From Camelus ferus (taxonomy: Eukaryota): a stretch of DNA of 64,000 nucleotides. Both the position numbers and the translations under genes were made by a program. Of this stretch, positions 28,201 through 42,354 are shown one piece after another; within the stretch, counting starts at the first letter, position 1, and the number at the start of each line of letters is the position of its first letter. The stretch lies in the NCBI RefSeq assembly GCF_009834535.1, contig NC_045697.1, positions 119,414,001-119,478,000 on the forward strand. Direction: 5' to 3'. The notes beneath the pieces are model-generated. The model was not told the DNA's origin and did no database searches. It was given only the letters and a program-made list of their open reading frames with translations.

Positions 28201-31200
28201 AAATTTCTCCTGAAACACTTTCCATTGTGCTAGATGAAGGAACGTCTCTCCACATGCTCAGGTCTGAGAGATAATTGTGTGTGAAAGCCGTCCTTCACCT
28301 ATCTTGTTGGGAACAGAAAGTTTCTTTTCAGTTGCAAACTCCACTCCATACATATATATGGGGAGGCACTAGCTCCAACTCTGTTTTACAGTGAAAACTG
28401 CAGTAGTTTCAAACCGGCACTAGGAAACAGACTGAGAAACCAGAGTAAAAGTTTCTCCTGCAAACCTTTCCCTTTGAGCTAGATGAACGAAAGTCTCTAC
28501 AAATGCTCATTTCTGAGAGTTAAGTGTGTGTGAAAGCCGTCCTTCACATAGCTTGTTGGGAACACAAAGTTTCTTCATGTGCAAACTCCACTCCATACAT
28601 ATATATAGGGAGGTACTACTCCAACTCGGTTTTACAGTGAAAACTGCAGGAACTTCAAACTGGCACTAGGAAACAGACTGAGAAACCAGAGTAAAAGTTT
28701 CTCCTGAAACCTGTTCCCTTTGTTCTAGATGAACAAACGTCTCTCCACAACCTCATTTCAGAGAGATAATGGTGTTTGTAAGACGTCCTTCACCAAGAAT
28801 GTTGGGAACAAAAAGGTTCTTTTCATTTGCAAACTCCACTCCATTCATATATACGGGGAGGTACAAGCTCCAACTCCGTTTTACAGTGAAAACTGCAGGA
28901 ACTTCAAACTGGCACCAGGAAACAGATGGAGAAACCAAAGTTAAAGTTTCCCCTGCATACCATTCCTTTTGTGCTAGATGAACGAACGTCTCTCCGCATG
29001 CTCATTTCTGAGAGATAAGTGTGTGTGAAAGCCGTCCTTTACCTAGCTTGTTGGGAACAAAAAGTTTCTTTTCGGTTGCAAAATTCTGTCCATACGTATA
29101 TATGGGGAGGAACCAGCTCCAAATCTGCTTTAAAGTGAAAACTGCAGGAAAATCCAACCGGAACTAGGAAACAGACTGAGAAATCATAGTAATAGCTTCT
29201 CTTGCAACCAGTTCCATTTCTGTTAGATAAACGAACTTCTCTCCCCATGCTCATGTCTGAGAGATATGTGTGTGTGAAAGCCGTAGTTCAACTAGCTTGT
29301 TGGGAAAACAAAGTTACTTTTCAATTGCAAACTAAAATCCATACATTTATATGGGTAGGTACTATCTCCAACAGGGTTTTACAGTGAAAAATGCAGGAAA
29401 TTGAAAACAACTCTAGGAAACAGACTGAGAAACCACAGTAAATTTTCTCCTGCAAACATTTTCCTTTGTGCTAGATGAACGAAAGTCTTTCCCCATGCTC
29501 AGTTCTGAGAGATAAGAGTGTGTGAAACCGTCCTTCACATAGCTTGTTGGGAACAGAAAGTTTCTGTTCAGTTGCAAACTAAATTCCATCCATATATATG
29601 GGGAGGTAAGAGATCCAATTCGGTTTTACAGTGAAAAATGGGGGAATATCAAACCGGCACAAGGAAACAGATTGAGAACCCAGAGTAAAAGTTTCTCCTG
29701 CAACCCGATCCATTTGTGCGAGATGAACGAATTTCTCTCCACATGCACTGTTATGAAATATAATTGTGAGTGAAATCCGTCCTTCACCTAGCTTGTTGGG
29801 AACACAAAGTTTCTTTTCATTTGCAAACTCCACTCCATACATATATATGGGGAAGTACTAGCTCCCAATCCGGTTTAAAGTGAAAACTGCAGGAAATTCA
29901 AACTGGAACAATGAGACAGACTGAGAAATTAGAGCAAAAGTTTATACAGTAACCATTTCCCTTTGTATACATGAACGAATTTCTTTCCACATTCTCAGTT
30001 CTGAGAGATAACTGTGTGTGAAAGCCGTACTTTAACTAGCTTGTTGGGAACACAAAGTTGCTTTTCAGTTGCAAACTACACTCCATACATATATATGGGG
30101 AGGTACAATCTCCACCTCGATTTTACAGTGAAAACTGCAGGAAATTCAAATGGAATCTAGGAAAAATACTGAGAAACCAGAGTAATAATTTCTCCTGCAA
30201 ACTTTTCCGTTTGTGCAAGATGAACGAAAGTCTCACCCCATGTTCATTTCTGAGAGATAAGTGTGTGTGAAAGCCGTCTTTCACCTAGCTTGTTGGGAAC
30301 ACAAAGTATATTTTAAGTTGCAAACTACACTCCATACATATATATGGGGAGGTACTAGTTCCAACTAGGTTTTACATTGAAAACTGTAGGAACTTCAAAC
30401 CGGGTACTATGAAAAATACTGAGAAACCAGAGTAAAAGTTTCTACTGCAACCCTTTCCATTTATGCTTGATGAACGTATGTCTCTCCCCATGCTCAATTC
30501 TGAGAGATAAGTGTGTGTGAAAGCCGTTCTTCACCTAGATTTTTGGGAACACAAAGTTTCTTTTCAGTTGCATACTACACTCCATACATATAATTGTGGA
30601 GGTAAACTCCAACTCCGTTTTACAGTGAAAACTGCAGGAATTACAAAAGGCGCTAGGAAACAGACTGAGAAACCTGTGAAAATTTTCTCCTTCAACAAGT
30701 TCCCGTTGTGCTACATGAATGAACGTCTCTCCACATGTTCATTTCTGTGAGGTAAGTGTGTGTGAAAGCAGTCATTCACCTAGCATGTTCTGACACAAAG
30801 ATTCTTTAGAGTTGCAAACTACACTCCATACATTTATAAGTGCATGTACAATTTCCAAACACGGTTTAAAGTGAAAACTTCAGGAAATTCAAACTGCCAT
30901 TTGTAAACAAACTGAGAATACAGACTAAAAGTTTTTCCTTCAAACGGTTCCCTTTTTGCTAGATGAACGAACGGGTCAGCACATGCTAAGTTCTGAGAAA
31001 TATATGTGTGTATGAAAGCCGTCCTTCACGTAGCTTGTTGGGAACACATAGTTTCTTTTCAGGTGCAAACTAAACTCAATACTTATATATGGTTGGTACA
31101 AGCTGCAACTCCGTTTTACAGTGAAAACTGCAAGAACTTCAAACCGGCACTAGGAAAATGACTGAGAAACCAGAGAAATAATTTCTCCTGCAAACCTTTC

Positions 31201-32080
31201 CATTTGTGCTGCATGAACGAAAGTCTCTCCACATGCTAAGTTCTGAGAGATAACTATGTATGAAAGCCGTCCTTCAACTAGTTTGTTGGGAAAACAAAGA
31301 TTCTTTTAACTTACCAACTTCACTCCATACATATATATTTGTGCTACAAGTTCCAACACCGTTTTACAGTGAAAACTGCAGGAACTTCAAACCGGCACTA
31401 GGAAACATACTGAGAAACCAGAGTAAAACTTTCTCCTACACACCGTTCCATGAGGTAGATGAACGAAAGTCTCTCTACATGCACTGTTATGAGATATAAG
31501 TGTGTGTGAAAGCCTTACTTCACTTTGCTTGTTGGGAACACAAAGATCGTTTCCAGTTGCAAACAACTCTCCATAAATATATATGGGGAGGTACTAGCTC
31601 CAACTCCATTTTACAGTGAAAACTGCTGGAATTTCAAACAGACAATAGGAAACAGACAGAGAAACCAGAGAAAAATATTCTCTTGCAAACCGTTCCCTTT
31701 GTGCTTGATGAACGAACATCTCTCCCCATGCTCATTCCTGAGAGATAAGTGTGTGTGAAAGCCATTCTTCACCTAGCATGTTGGGAACACAAAGTTTCTT
31801 TTCAGGTGCAAACTACACTCCTTATATTTATATGGGGACGTACAACTCCAAATCATTTTACAGTGATAACAGCAGGAACTTCAAACTGGAACAAGGAAAA
31901 CAGACTGAGAAACCAGAGCAAATGTTTTTACTGCAAACATTTCATTTTGTGCTGAAAGAACGAACTTCTCTCCACATTCTCAGTTCTGAGAGATATGTGT
32001 GTGTGAAAGTCCTCCTTCACCTGGCTTGTTGGGAACACAAAGTTTCTTTTCAGTTGCAAATTACCCTCCATACATATATA
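10231..32080 (+). repeat. Higher-order repeat: 28-monomer unit of 6943 bp, ~3.15 near-identical tandem copies
   Basis: Identical ORF translations recur at 10916/17859/24802/31749, 12049/18992/25935 and 14841/21784/28729 (offsets 6943, 6943-6947). I counted 28 monomers between ~10172 and ~17120. Confidence 0.97.
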
Positions 32081-33762
32081 AGGGTGGGTAGTAGATCCAA
32101 CTCGGTTTACAATGAAAACTGTAGGAACTTCAAACTGGCACTTGGAAACAGACTGAGAAACCAGAGTAAAAGTTACCCCTGCAACCTGTTCCTTTGTGCT
32201 AGATGAACAAACGTCTCTCCACATGCTCAGTTCTGAGAGATAAGGGTGTGTGAAAGACGTCCTTAACCTAGAATGTTGGGAACAAAAAGGTTTTTTTCAG
32301 TTGAAAATTAAACTCAATACTTATATATGGGTGGTACAAGCTGCAAATCCGTTTTACAGTGAAAACTGCAAGAACTTCAAACCGGCACTAGGAAAATGAC
32401 TGAGAAACCAGAGTAATAATTTCCCCTGCAAACCGTTCCACTTGTGCTGGATGAACTAAAGTCTCTCCACATGCTAAGTTCTGAGAGATAACTGTGTATG
32501 AAAGCCGTCCTTCAACTAGTTTGTTGGGAAAACAAAGATTCTTTTAACTTACCAACTTCACTCCATACATATATATTTGTGCTACAAGTTCCAACACCGT
32601 TTTACAGTGAAAACTGCAGGAACTTCAAACCGGCAGTAGGAAACAGACTGAGAAACCAGAGTAAAAATTTCTCCTGCAACATGTTCCATTGTGCTAGATG
32701 AACGAACGTCTCCACACATGCTCAGTTCTGAGATAAAAGTGAGTGTGAAAGTCGTCCTTCAAAATCTTGTTAGGAAGACAAAGATTCTTTTCAGTTGATA
32801 ACCCACACCATATATATATAAGGGGAGGTATTAAATCCAACACAGTTTTACAGTGAAAAATACAGGAACTTCAATCCGGCACTAGGAAACAGACTTAGAA
32901 TCCAGAGTAAAAGTTACTCCTGCAACCTGTTTCCTTTGTGCTAGATGAACGAACGTCTCTCCACATGCTAAGTTCTGAGAGATAATTGTGTGTGAAAGAT
33001 GTCCTTCATCTAGCTTGTTGGGAACACATAGTTTCTTTTCAGTTGCAAACACCACTCCATAAATATATATGCGGAGGTAAGAGATCCAATTCGTTTTTAA
33101 AGTGAAAAATGAGGGAATTTCAAACCGGCAGAAGGAAACAGACTGAGAACACAGAGTAAAAGTTTCTCCTGCAACCCGATCCATTTGTGCGAGATGAACG
33201 AAATTCTCTCCACATGCACTGTTATGAAATATAATTTTGAGTGAAATCCGTCCTTCACCTAGCTTGTTGGGAACACAAAGATTCTTTTCATTTGCAAACT
33301 CCACTCCATACATATATATGGGGTGGTACAAACTCCACCTCGATTTTACAGTGAAAACTGCAGAAACTTCAAATGGAATCTAGGTAAATTCCTGAGAAAT
33401 CAGAGTAAGATTTTCTCCTGCAAACCGTTCCGTTTGTGCGAGATGAACGAAAGTCTCACCCCATGCTCATTTCAGAGAGGTAAGTGTGTGTGAATGCTGT
33501 TTTCACCTAGCTTGTAGGGACACAAAGTATATATTAAGTTGCAAACTACACTCCATACATATATATGGGGAGGTACTAGCTCAAACTAGGATTTACTTTG
33601 AAAACTGTAGAAACTTCAAACCGGTACTATGAAAAATACTGAGAAATCAGAGGAAATTTTCTACTGCAACCCGTTCCATTTATGCTTGATGAACGTACGT
33701 CTCTCCCCTAGCTCAATTCTGAGAGATAAGTGTGTGTGAAACCGTCCTTCACCTAGCTTGTT

Positions 33763-36700
33763 GGGAACACAAAGTTTCTTTTCAGGTGCAAACCCCAATC
33801 CATACATATATATGGGGAGGTACTAGCTCCAAATCTGTTTTAAAGTGAAAACTGCAGGAACTTCAAACTGGCACTAGGAATCAGACTGAGAAAACAGAGT
33901 TAAAGTTCTACTGCAACCCGATCCCTTTTTGCTAGATGAACGAACGTCTCTCCACCTGCTCAGTTCTGAGAGATATATGTGTCTGAAAGCCGTCCTTCAC
34001 CTAGCTTGTAGGGAACATAATGTTTCTTTCAGTTGCATACTCCACTCCATATATATATATGGGAAGGATCTAGCTCCAACTCTGTTTTACAGTGAAAATT
34101 GCAGGAACTTCAAAATGGCACTAGGAAACAGAATGAGAAACCAGAGTAAAATTTTCTACTGCAACCCTTTCCATTTATGCTTGATGAACGAACGTCTCTC
34201 CACATGCTCAGTTCTGAAAGTTAAGTGTGTTTGAAAGCCGTCCTTCACATAGCTTGTTGGGAACTCAAAGTTTATTTTCAGGTCCAAACCCCCCTCCATG
34301 CATATATATAGGGAAGTACAACTCCAACTCGGTTTTACAGTGAAAACTGCAGGAAGTTCAAACCGGCACTAGGAAACAGACTGAGAGACCAGTGTAAAAG
34401 TTTCTCCTGCAACCCGTTCCATTTGTGCTAGATGAACGAACGTCTCTCCACATGCTCAGTTCTGAGAGATAAGTGTTTGTGAAAGCCGTCCTTCACCTAG
34501 CTTTTGGGAACACAAAGTTTCTTTCCAGATGCAAACTAGACTCAATACATATATATGGGTAGGTACTGGCTCCAACTCACTTTTACATGTAAACTGCAGG
34601 AACTTCAAACCGGCACTAGGAAACAGACTGAGAAACCAGAGTAAAAGTTACTCCTGCAAACATTTCCATTTGTGCTAGATGAACGAACGTCTCTCCACAT
34701 GCTCAGTTCTGAGAGATAAGTGTGTGTGAAAGCCGTCCTTCAACTAGCTTGTTGAGAACACAAAATTTCTTTTCATTTGCTATCTCCACTCCATAAATAT
34801 ATACGGGGAGGTACTAGCTCCAATTCTGTTTTACAGTGAAAACTGCAGGAACTTCAAACCGGCACTAGGAAACAGACTGAGAAACCAGAGTAAAAATTTC
34901 TCCTGAAAAACTTTCCATTGTGCAAGATGAAGGAACGTCTCTCCACATGCTCAGTTCTGAGAGATAAGTGAGTGTGAAAGCCGTCATTCACAAGCTTGTT
35001 AGGAAGACAAAGATTCTTTTCAGTTGCAAAACAATACCATACATATATAAGGGGAGGTACTAGATCCAACACAGTTTTACAGTGAAAAATACAGGAAATT
35101 CAATCTGGCACTAGGAAACAGACTTAGAAACCAGAGTAAAAGTTTCTCCTGCAACCCGTTCCCTTTGTGCTAGATGAACGAAAGTCTCTCCAAATGCTCA
35201 TTTATGAGAGTTAAGTGTGTGTGAAAGCCGTCCTTCACATAGCTTGTTGGGAACACAAAGTTTCTTTCATGTGCAAACTCCACTCCATACATATATATAG
35301 GGACGTAATACTCCAACTCGGTTTTACAGTGAAAACTGCAGGAACTTCAAACTGGCAATAGGAAACAGACTGAGAAACCAGAGTAAAAGTTTCTCCTGAA
35401 ACCTGTTCCCTTTGTTTTAGATGAACAAACGACTCTCCACAACCTCATTTCAGAGAGATAATGGTGTTTCAAAGACGTCCTTCACCTAGAATGTAGGGAA
35501 CAAAAAGGTTCTTTTCATTTGCAAACACCACTCCATTCATATATACGGGGAGGTACAAGCTCCAACTCCGTTTTACAGTGAAAAACTGCAGGAACTTCTA
35601 ACCGGCACTAGGAAACAGACTGAGAAACCAGTGTAAAAGTTTCTTCTGCAAACCGTTCCCTTTGTGCTAGATGAAAGAACGTCTCTCCTCATGCTCAGTT
35701 CTGAGAGGTAAGTGGTGTGAAAGCCGTCCTTCATTTAACTTGCTGGGAACACAAAGTTTCTTTTCAGGTGCAAACCCCAATCCATACATATATATGGGGA
35801 GGTACTAGCTCCAAATCTGTTTTAAAGTGAAAACTGCAGGAACTTCAAACTGGCACTAGGAATCAGACTGAGAAAAACAGAGTTAAAGTTCTACTGCAAC
35901 CCGATCCCTTTTTGCTAGATGAACGAACGTCTCTCCACCTGCTCAGTTCTGAGAGATATATGTGTCTGAAAGCCGTCCTTCACCTAGCTTGTAGGGAACA
36001 TAATGTTTCTTTCAGTTGCATACTCCACTCCATATATATATATGGGAAGGATCTAGCTCCAACTCTGTTTTACAGTGAAAATTGCAGGAACTTCAAAATG
36101 GCACTAGGAAACAGAATGAGAAACCAGAGTAAAATTTTCTACTGCAACCCTTTCCATTTATGCTTGATGAACGAACGTCTCTCCACATGCTCAGTTCTGA
36201 AAGTTAAGTGTGTTTGAAAGCCGTCCTTCACATAGCTTGTTGGGAACTCAAAGTTTATTTTCAGGTCCAAACCCCCCTCCATGCATATATATAGGGAAGT
36301 ACAACTCCAACTCGGTTTTACAGTGAAAACTGCAGGAAGTTCAAACCGGCACTAGGAAACAGACTTAGAGACCAGTGTAAAAGTTTCTCCTGCAACCCGT
36401 TCCATTTGTGCTAGATGAACGAACGTCTCTCCACATGCTCAGTTCTGAGAGATAAGTGTTTGTGAAAGCCGTCCTTCACCTAGCTTTTTGGGAACACAAA
36501 GTTTCTTTCCAGATGCAAACTAGACTCAATACATATATATGGGTAGGTACTGGCTCCAACTCACTTTTACATGTAAACTGCAGGAACTTCAAACCGGCAC
36601 TAGGAAACAGACTGAGAAACCAGAGTAAAAGTTACTCCTGCAAACATTTCCATTTGTGCTAGATGAACGAACGTCTCTCCACATGCTCAGTTCTGAGAGA

Positions 36701-37728
36701 TAAGTGTGTGTGAAAGCCGTCCTTCAACTAGCTTGTTGAGAACACAAAATTTCTTTTCATTTGCTATCTCCACTCCATAAATATATACGGGGAGGTACTA
36801 GCTCCAATTCTGTTTTACAGTGAAAACTGCAGGAACTTCAAACCGGCACTAGGAAACAGACTGAGAAACCAGAGTAAAAATTTCTCCTGAAAAACTTTCC
36901 ATTGTGCAAGATGAAGGAACGTCTCTCCACATGCTCAGTTCTGAGAGATAAGTGAGTGTGAAAGCCGTCATTCACAAGCTTGTTAGGAAGACAAAGATTC
37001 TTTTCAGTTGCAAAACAATACCATACATATATAAGGGGAGGTACTAGATCCAACACAGTTTTACAGTGAAAAATACAGGAAATTCAATCTGGCACTAGGA
37101 AACAGACTTAGAAACCAGAGTAAAAGTTTCTCCTGCAACCCGTTCCCTTTGTGCTAGATGAACGAAAGTCTCTCCAAATGCTCATTTATGAGAGTTAAGT
37201 GTGTGTGAAAGCCGTCCTTCACATAGCTTGTTGGGAACACAAAGTTTCTTTCATGTGCAAACTCCACTCCATACATATATATAGGGACGTAATACTCCAA
37301 CTCGGTTTTACAGTGAAAACTGCAGGAACTTCAAACTGGCAATAGGAAACAGACTGAGAAACCAGAGTAAAAGTTTCTCCTGAAACCTGTTCCCTTTGTT
37401 TTAGATGAACAAACGACTCTCCACAACCTCATTTCAGAGAGATAATGGTGTTTCAAAGACGTCCTTCACCTAGAATGTAGGGAACAAAAAGGTTCTTTTC
37501 ATTTGCAAACACCACTCCATTCATATATACGGGGAGGTACAAGCTCCAACTCCGTTTTACAGTGAAAACTGCAGGAACTTCTAACCGGCACTAGGAAACA
37601 GACTGAGAAACCAGTGTAAAAGTTTCTTCTGCAAACCGTTCCCTTTGTGCTAGATGAAAGAACGTCTCTCCTCATGCTCAGTTCTGAGAGGTAAGTGGTG
37701 TGAAAGCCGTCCTTCATTTAACTTGTTG
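33763..37728 (+). repeat. Tandem duplication of an 8-monomer unit (~1983 bp x2), near-identical
   Basis: Identical ORF translations at 33929/35912 and 34854/36838 (offsets 1983/1984). Junction monomer at ~35717-35790 is chimeric. Confidence 0.95.
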
Positions 37729-38711
37729 GGAACACAAAGTTTCTTTTCAGGTGCAAACTCCAATCCATACTTATATATGGGGAGGTACTAGCTCCAACTC
37801 GGTTTTACAGTGAAAACTGCAGGAACTTCTAAACGGCACTAGGAAACAGACTGAGAAACCAGTGTAAAAGTTTCCCCTGCATACCGTTCCTTTTGTGCTA
37901 GATGAACGTACGTCTCTCCGCATGCTCATTTCTGAGAGATAAGGGTGTGTGAAAGCCGTCCTTTACCTAGCTTGTTGGGAACAAAAAGTTTCTTTTCGGT
38001 TGCAAAATTCTGTCCATACGTATATATGGGGAGGAACCAGCTCCAACTCTGCTTTAAAGTGAAACTGCAGGAAATCCAACCGGAACTAGGAAACAGACTG
38101 AGAAATCATAGTAATAGTTTCTCTTGCAACCAGTTCCATTTCTGTTAGATAAACGAACTTCTCTCCCCATGCTCATGTCTGAGAGATATGTGTGTGTGAA
38201 AGCCGTAGTTCAACTAGCTTGTTGGGAAAACAAAGATACTTTTCAATTGCAAACTAAAATCCATACATTTATATGGGTAGGTACTATCTCCAACAGGGTT
38301 TTAAAGTGAAAAATGCAGGAAATTGAAAACAACTCTAGGAAACAGACTGAGAAACCACAGTAAATTTTCTCCTGCAAACATTTTCCTTTGTGCTAGATGA
38401 ACGAAAGTCTTTCCCCATGCTCAGTTCTGAGAGATAAGGGTGTGTGAAACCGTCCTTCACATAGCTTCTTGGGAACAGAAAGTTTCAGTTCAGTTGCAAA
38501 GTAAATTCCATCCATATATATGGGTATGTAAGAGATCCAATTCGGTTTTACAGTGAAAAATGGGGGAATATCAAACCGGCACAAGGAAACAGACTGAGAA
38601 CCCAGAGTAAAAGTTTCTCCTGCAACCCGATCCATTTGTGCGAGATGAACGAATTTCTCTCCACATGCACTGTTATGAAATATAATTGTGAGTGAAATCC
38701 GTCCTTCACCT

Positions 38712-41197
38712 AGCTTGTTGGGAACACAAAGATTCTTTTAATTTGCAAACTCCACTCCATACATATATATGGGGAAGTACTAGTTCCCAATCGTATTTAA
38801 AGTGAAAACTGCAGGAAATTCAAACTGGAACAATGAAACAGACTGAGAAAACAGAGCAAAAGTTTATACAGCCACCATTTCAATTAGTGATACATGTACG
38901 AAATTCTTTCCACATTCTCAGTTCTGAGAGATAACTGTGTGTGAAAGCCGTACTTTACCTAGCTTTTTGGGAATACAAAGTTTCTTTTCATTTGCAAACT
39001 ACACTCCCTACATATATATGGGGAGGTACAAACTCCACCTCGATTTTACAGTGAAAACTGCAGGAACTTCAAATGGAATCTAGGTAAAATACTGAGAAAT
39101 CAGAGTAAGAGTTTCTCCTGCAAACCGTTCCGTTTTTGCGAGATGAACGAAATTCTCAACCCATGCTCATTTCAGAGAGGAAAGTGTGTGTGAATGCTGT
39201 GTTTCACCTAGCTTGTAGGGACACAAAGTATATATTAAGTTGCAAACTACACTCCATACATATATATGGGGAGGTACTAGTTCAAACTAGGATTTACTTT
39301 GAAAACTGTAGAAACTTCAAAACGGTACTATGAAAAATACAGAGAAATCAGAGTAAAATTTTCTACTGCAACCCGTTCCATTTATGCTTGATGAACGTAC
39401 GTCTCTCCCCTAGCTCAATTCTGAGAGATAAGTGTGTGTGAAACCGTCCTTCACCTAGCTTGTTGGGAACACAAAGTTACTTTTCAGGTGCAAACCCCAA
39501 TCCATAAATATATATGGGGAGGTACTAGCTCCAAATCTGTTTTACAGTGAAAACTGCAGGAACTTCAAACTGGCACTAGGAAACAGACTGAGAAAACAGA
39601 GTTAAAGTTTCTACTGCAACCCGATCCCTTTTTGCTAGATGAACGAACTTCTCTACACATGCTCAGTTCTGAGAGATAAATGGGTGTGAAAGCCGCCCTT
39701 CACCTAGCTTGTTGGGAACACAATGTTTCTTTCAGTTGCATACTCCACTCCATATATATATATGGGAAGGATCTAGCTCCAACTCTGTTTTACAGTGAAA
39801 ATTGCAGGAACTTCAAACTGGCACTAGGAAACAGAATGAGAAACCAGAGTAAAATTTTCTACTGCAACCCTTTCCATTTATGCTTGATGAACGAACGTCT
39901 CTCCACATGCTCAGTTCTGAGAGTTAAGTGTGTTTGAAAGCCGTCCTTCACATAGCTTGTTGGGAACACAAAGATTCTTTTCATTTGCAAACTCCACTCC
40001 TTACATATATATGGGGAAGTACTAGTTCCCAATCGGGTTTAAAGTGAAAACTGCAGGAAATTCAAACTGGAACAATGAAACAGACTGAGAAAACACAGCA
40101 AAAGTTTATACAGCCACCATTTCAATTAGTGATACATGTACGAAATTCTTTCCACATCCTCAGTTCTGAGAGATAACTGTGTGTGAAAGCCGTACTTTAC
40201 CTAGCTTTTTGGGAATACAAAGTTTCTTTTCATTTGCAAACTACACTCCCTACATATATATGGGGAGGTACAAACTCCACCTCGATTTTACAGTGAAAAC
40301 TGCAGGAACTTCAAATGGAATCTAGGTAAAATACTGAGAAATCAGAGTAAGAGTTTCTCCTGCAAACCGTTCCGTTTTTGCGAGATGAACGAAATTCTCA
40401 ACCCATGCTCATTTCAGAGAGGAAAGTGTGTTTGAATGCTGTCTTTCACCTAGCTTGTAGGGACACAAAGTATATATTAAGTTGCAAACTACACTCCATA
40501 CATATATATGGGGAGGTACTAGTTCAAACTAGGATTTACTTTGAAAACTGTAGAAACTTCAAAACGGTACTATGAAAAATACAGAGAAACCAGAGTAAAA
40601 TTTTCTACTGCAACCCGTTCCATTTATGCTTGATGAACGTACGTCTCTCCCCTAGCTCAATTCTGAGAGATAAGTGTGTGTGAAACCGTCCTTCACCTAG
40701 CTTGTTGGGAACACAAAGTTACTTTTCAGGTGCAAACCCCAATCCATAAATATATATGGGGAGGTACTAGCTCCAAATCTGTTTTACAGTGAAAACTGCA
40801 GGAACTTCAAACTGGCACTAGGAAACAGACTGAGAAAACAGAGTTAAAGTTTCTACTGCAACCCGATCCCTTTTTGCTAGATGAACGAACTTCTCTACAC
40901 ATGCTCAGTTCTGAGAGATAAATGGGTGTGAAAGCCGTCCTTCACCTAGCTTGTAGGGAACACAATGTTTCTTTCAGTTGCATACTCCACTCCATATATA
41001 TATATGGGAAGGATCTAGCTCCAACTCTGTTTTTACAGTGAAAATTGCAGGAACTTCAAACTGGCACTAGGAAACAGAATGAGAAACCAGAGTAAAATTT
41101 TCTACTGCAACCCTTTCCATTTATGCTTGATGAACGAACGTCTCTCCACATGCTCAGTTCTGAGATTTAAGTGTGTTTGAAAGCCGTCCTTCACATA
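38712..41197 (+). repeat. Tandem duplication of a 5-monomer unit (~1242 bp x2)
   Basis: ORFs 39136/40378 differ at one residue (offset 1242). Shared rare variants caattagtgatacatgtacg, ctacactccctac and gaaattctcaaccc. Confidence 0.93.
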
Positions 41198-42354
41198 GCT
41201 TGTTGGGAACACAAAGTTTCTTTTCAGGTCCAAACCCCCCTCCATATATATATATAGGGAGGTACAAATCCAACTCGGGTTTACAGTGAAAACTGCAGGA
41301 AGTTCAAACCGACACTAGGAAACAGACTGAGAGACCACTGTAAAAGTTTCTCCTGCAACCCGTTCCATTTGTGCTAGATGAACGAACGTCTCTCCACATG
41401 CTCAGTTCTGAGAGATAAGTGTTTGTGAAAGCCGTCCTTCACCTAGCTTTTTGGGAACACAAAGTTTCTTTCCAGATGCAAACTAGACTCCATACATATA
41501 TATGGGTAGGTACTGGCTCCAACTCACTTTTACTGTGTAAACTGCAAGAACTTCAAACCGGCACTAGGAAACAGACTGAGAAACCAGAGTAAAAGTTACA
41601 CCTGCAAACATTTCCATTTGTGCTAGATGAACGAACGTCTCTCCACATGCTCAGTTCTGAGAGATAAGTGTGTGTGAAAGCCGTCCTTCAACTAGCTTGT
41701 TGAGAACACAAAATTTCTTTTCATTTGCTATCTCCAATCCATAAATATATACGGGGAGGTACTAGCTCCAATTCTGTTTTACAGTGAAAACTGCAGGAAC
41801 TTCAAACCGGCACTAGGAAACAGACTGAGAAACCAGAGTAAAAATTTCTCCTGAAAAACTTTCCATTGTGCAAGATGAAGGAACGTCTCTCCACATGCTC
41901 AGTTCTGAGAGATAAGTGAGTGTGAAAGCCGTCATTCACAAGCTTGTTAGGAAGACAAAGATTCTTTTCAGTTGCAAAACAATACCATACATATATAAGG
42001 GGAGGTACTAGATCCAACACAGTTTTACAGTGAAAAATACAGGAAATTCAATCTGGCACTAGGAAACAGACTTAGAAACCAGAGTAAAAGTTTCTCCTGC
42101 AACCCGTTCCCTTTGTGCTAGATGAACGAAAGTCTCTCCAAATGCTCATTTATGAGAGTTAAGTGTGTGTGAAAGCCGTCCTTCACATAGCTTGTTGGGA
42201 ACACAAAGTTTCTTTCATGTGCAAACGCCACTCCATACATATATATAGGGACGTAATACTCCAACTCGGTTTTACAGTGAAAACTGCAGGAACTTCAAAC
42301 TGGCACTAGGAAACAGACTGAGAAACCAGAGTAAAAGTTTCTCCTGAAACCTGT

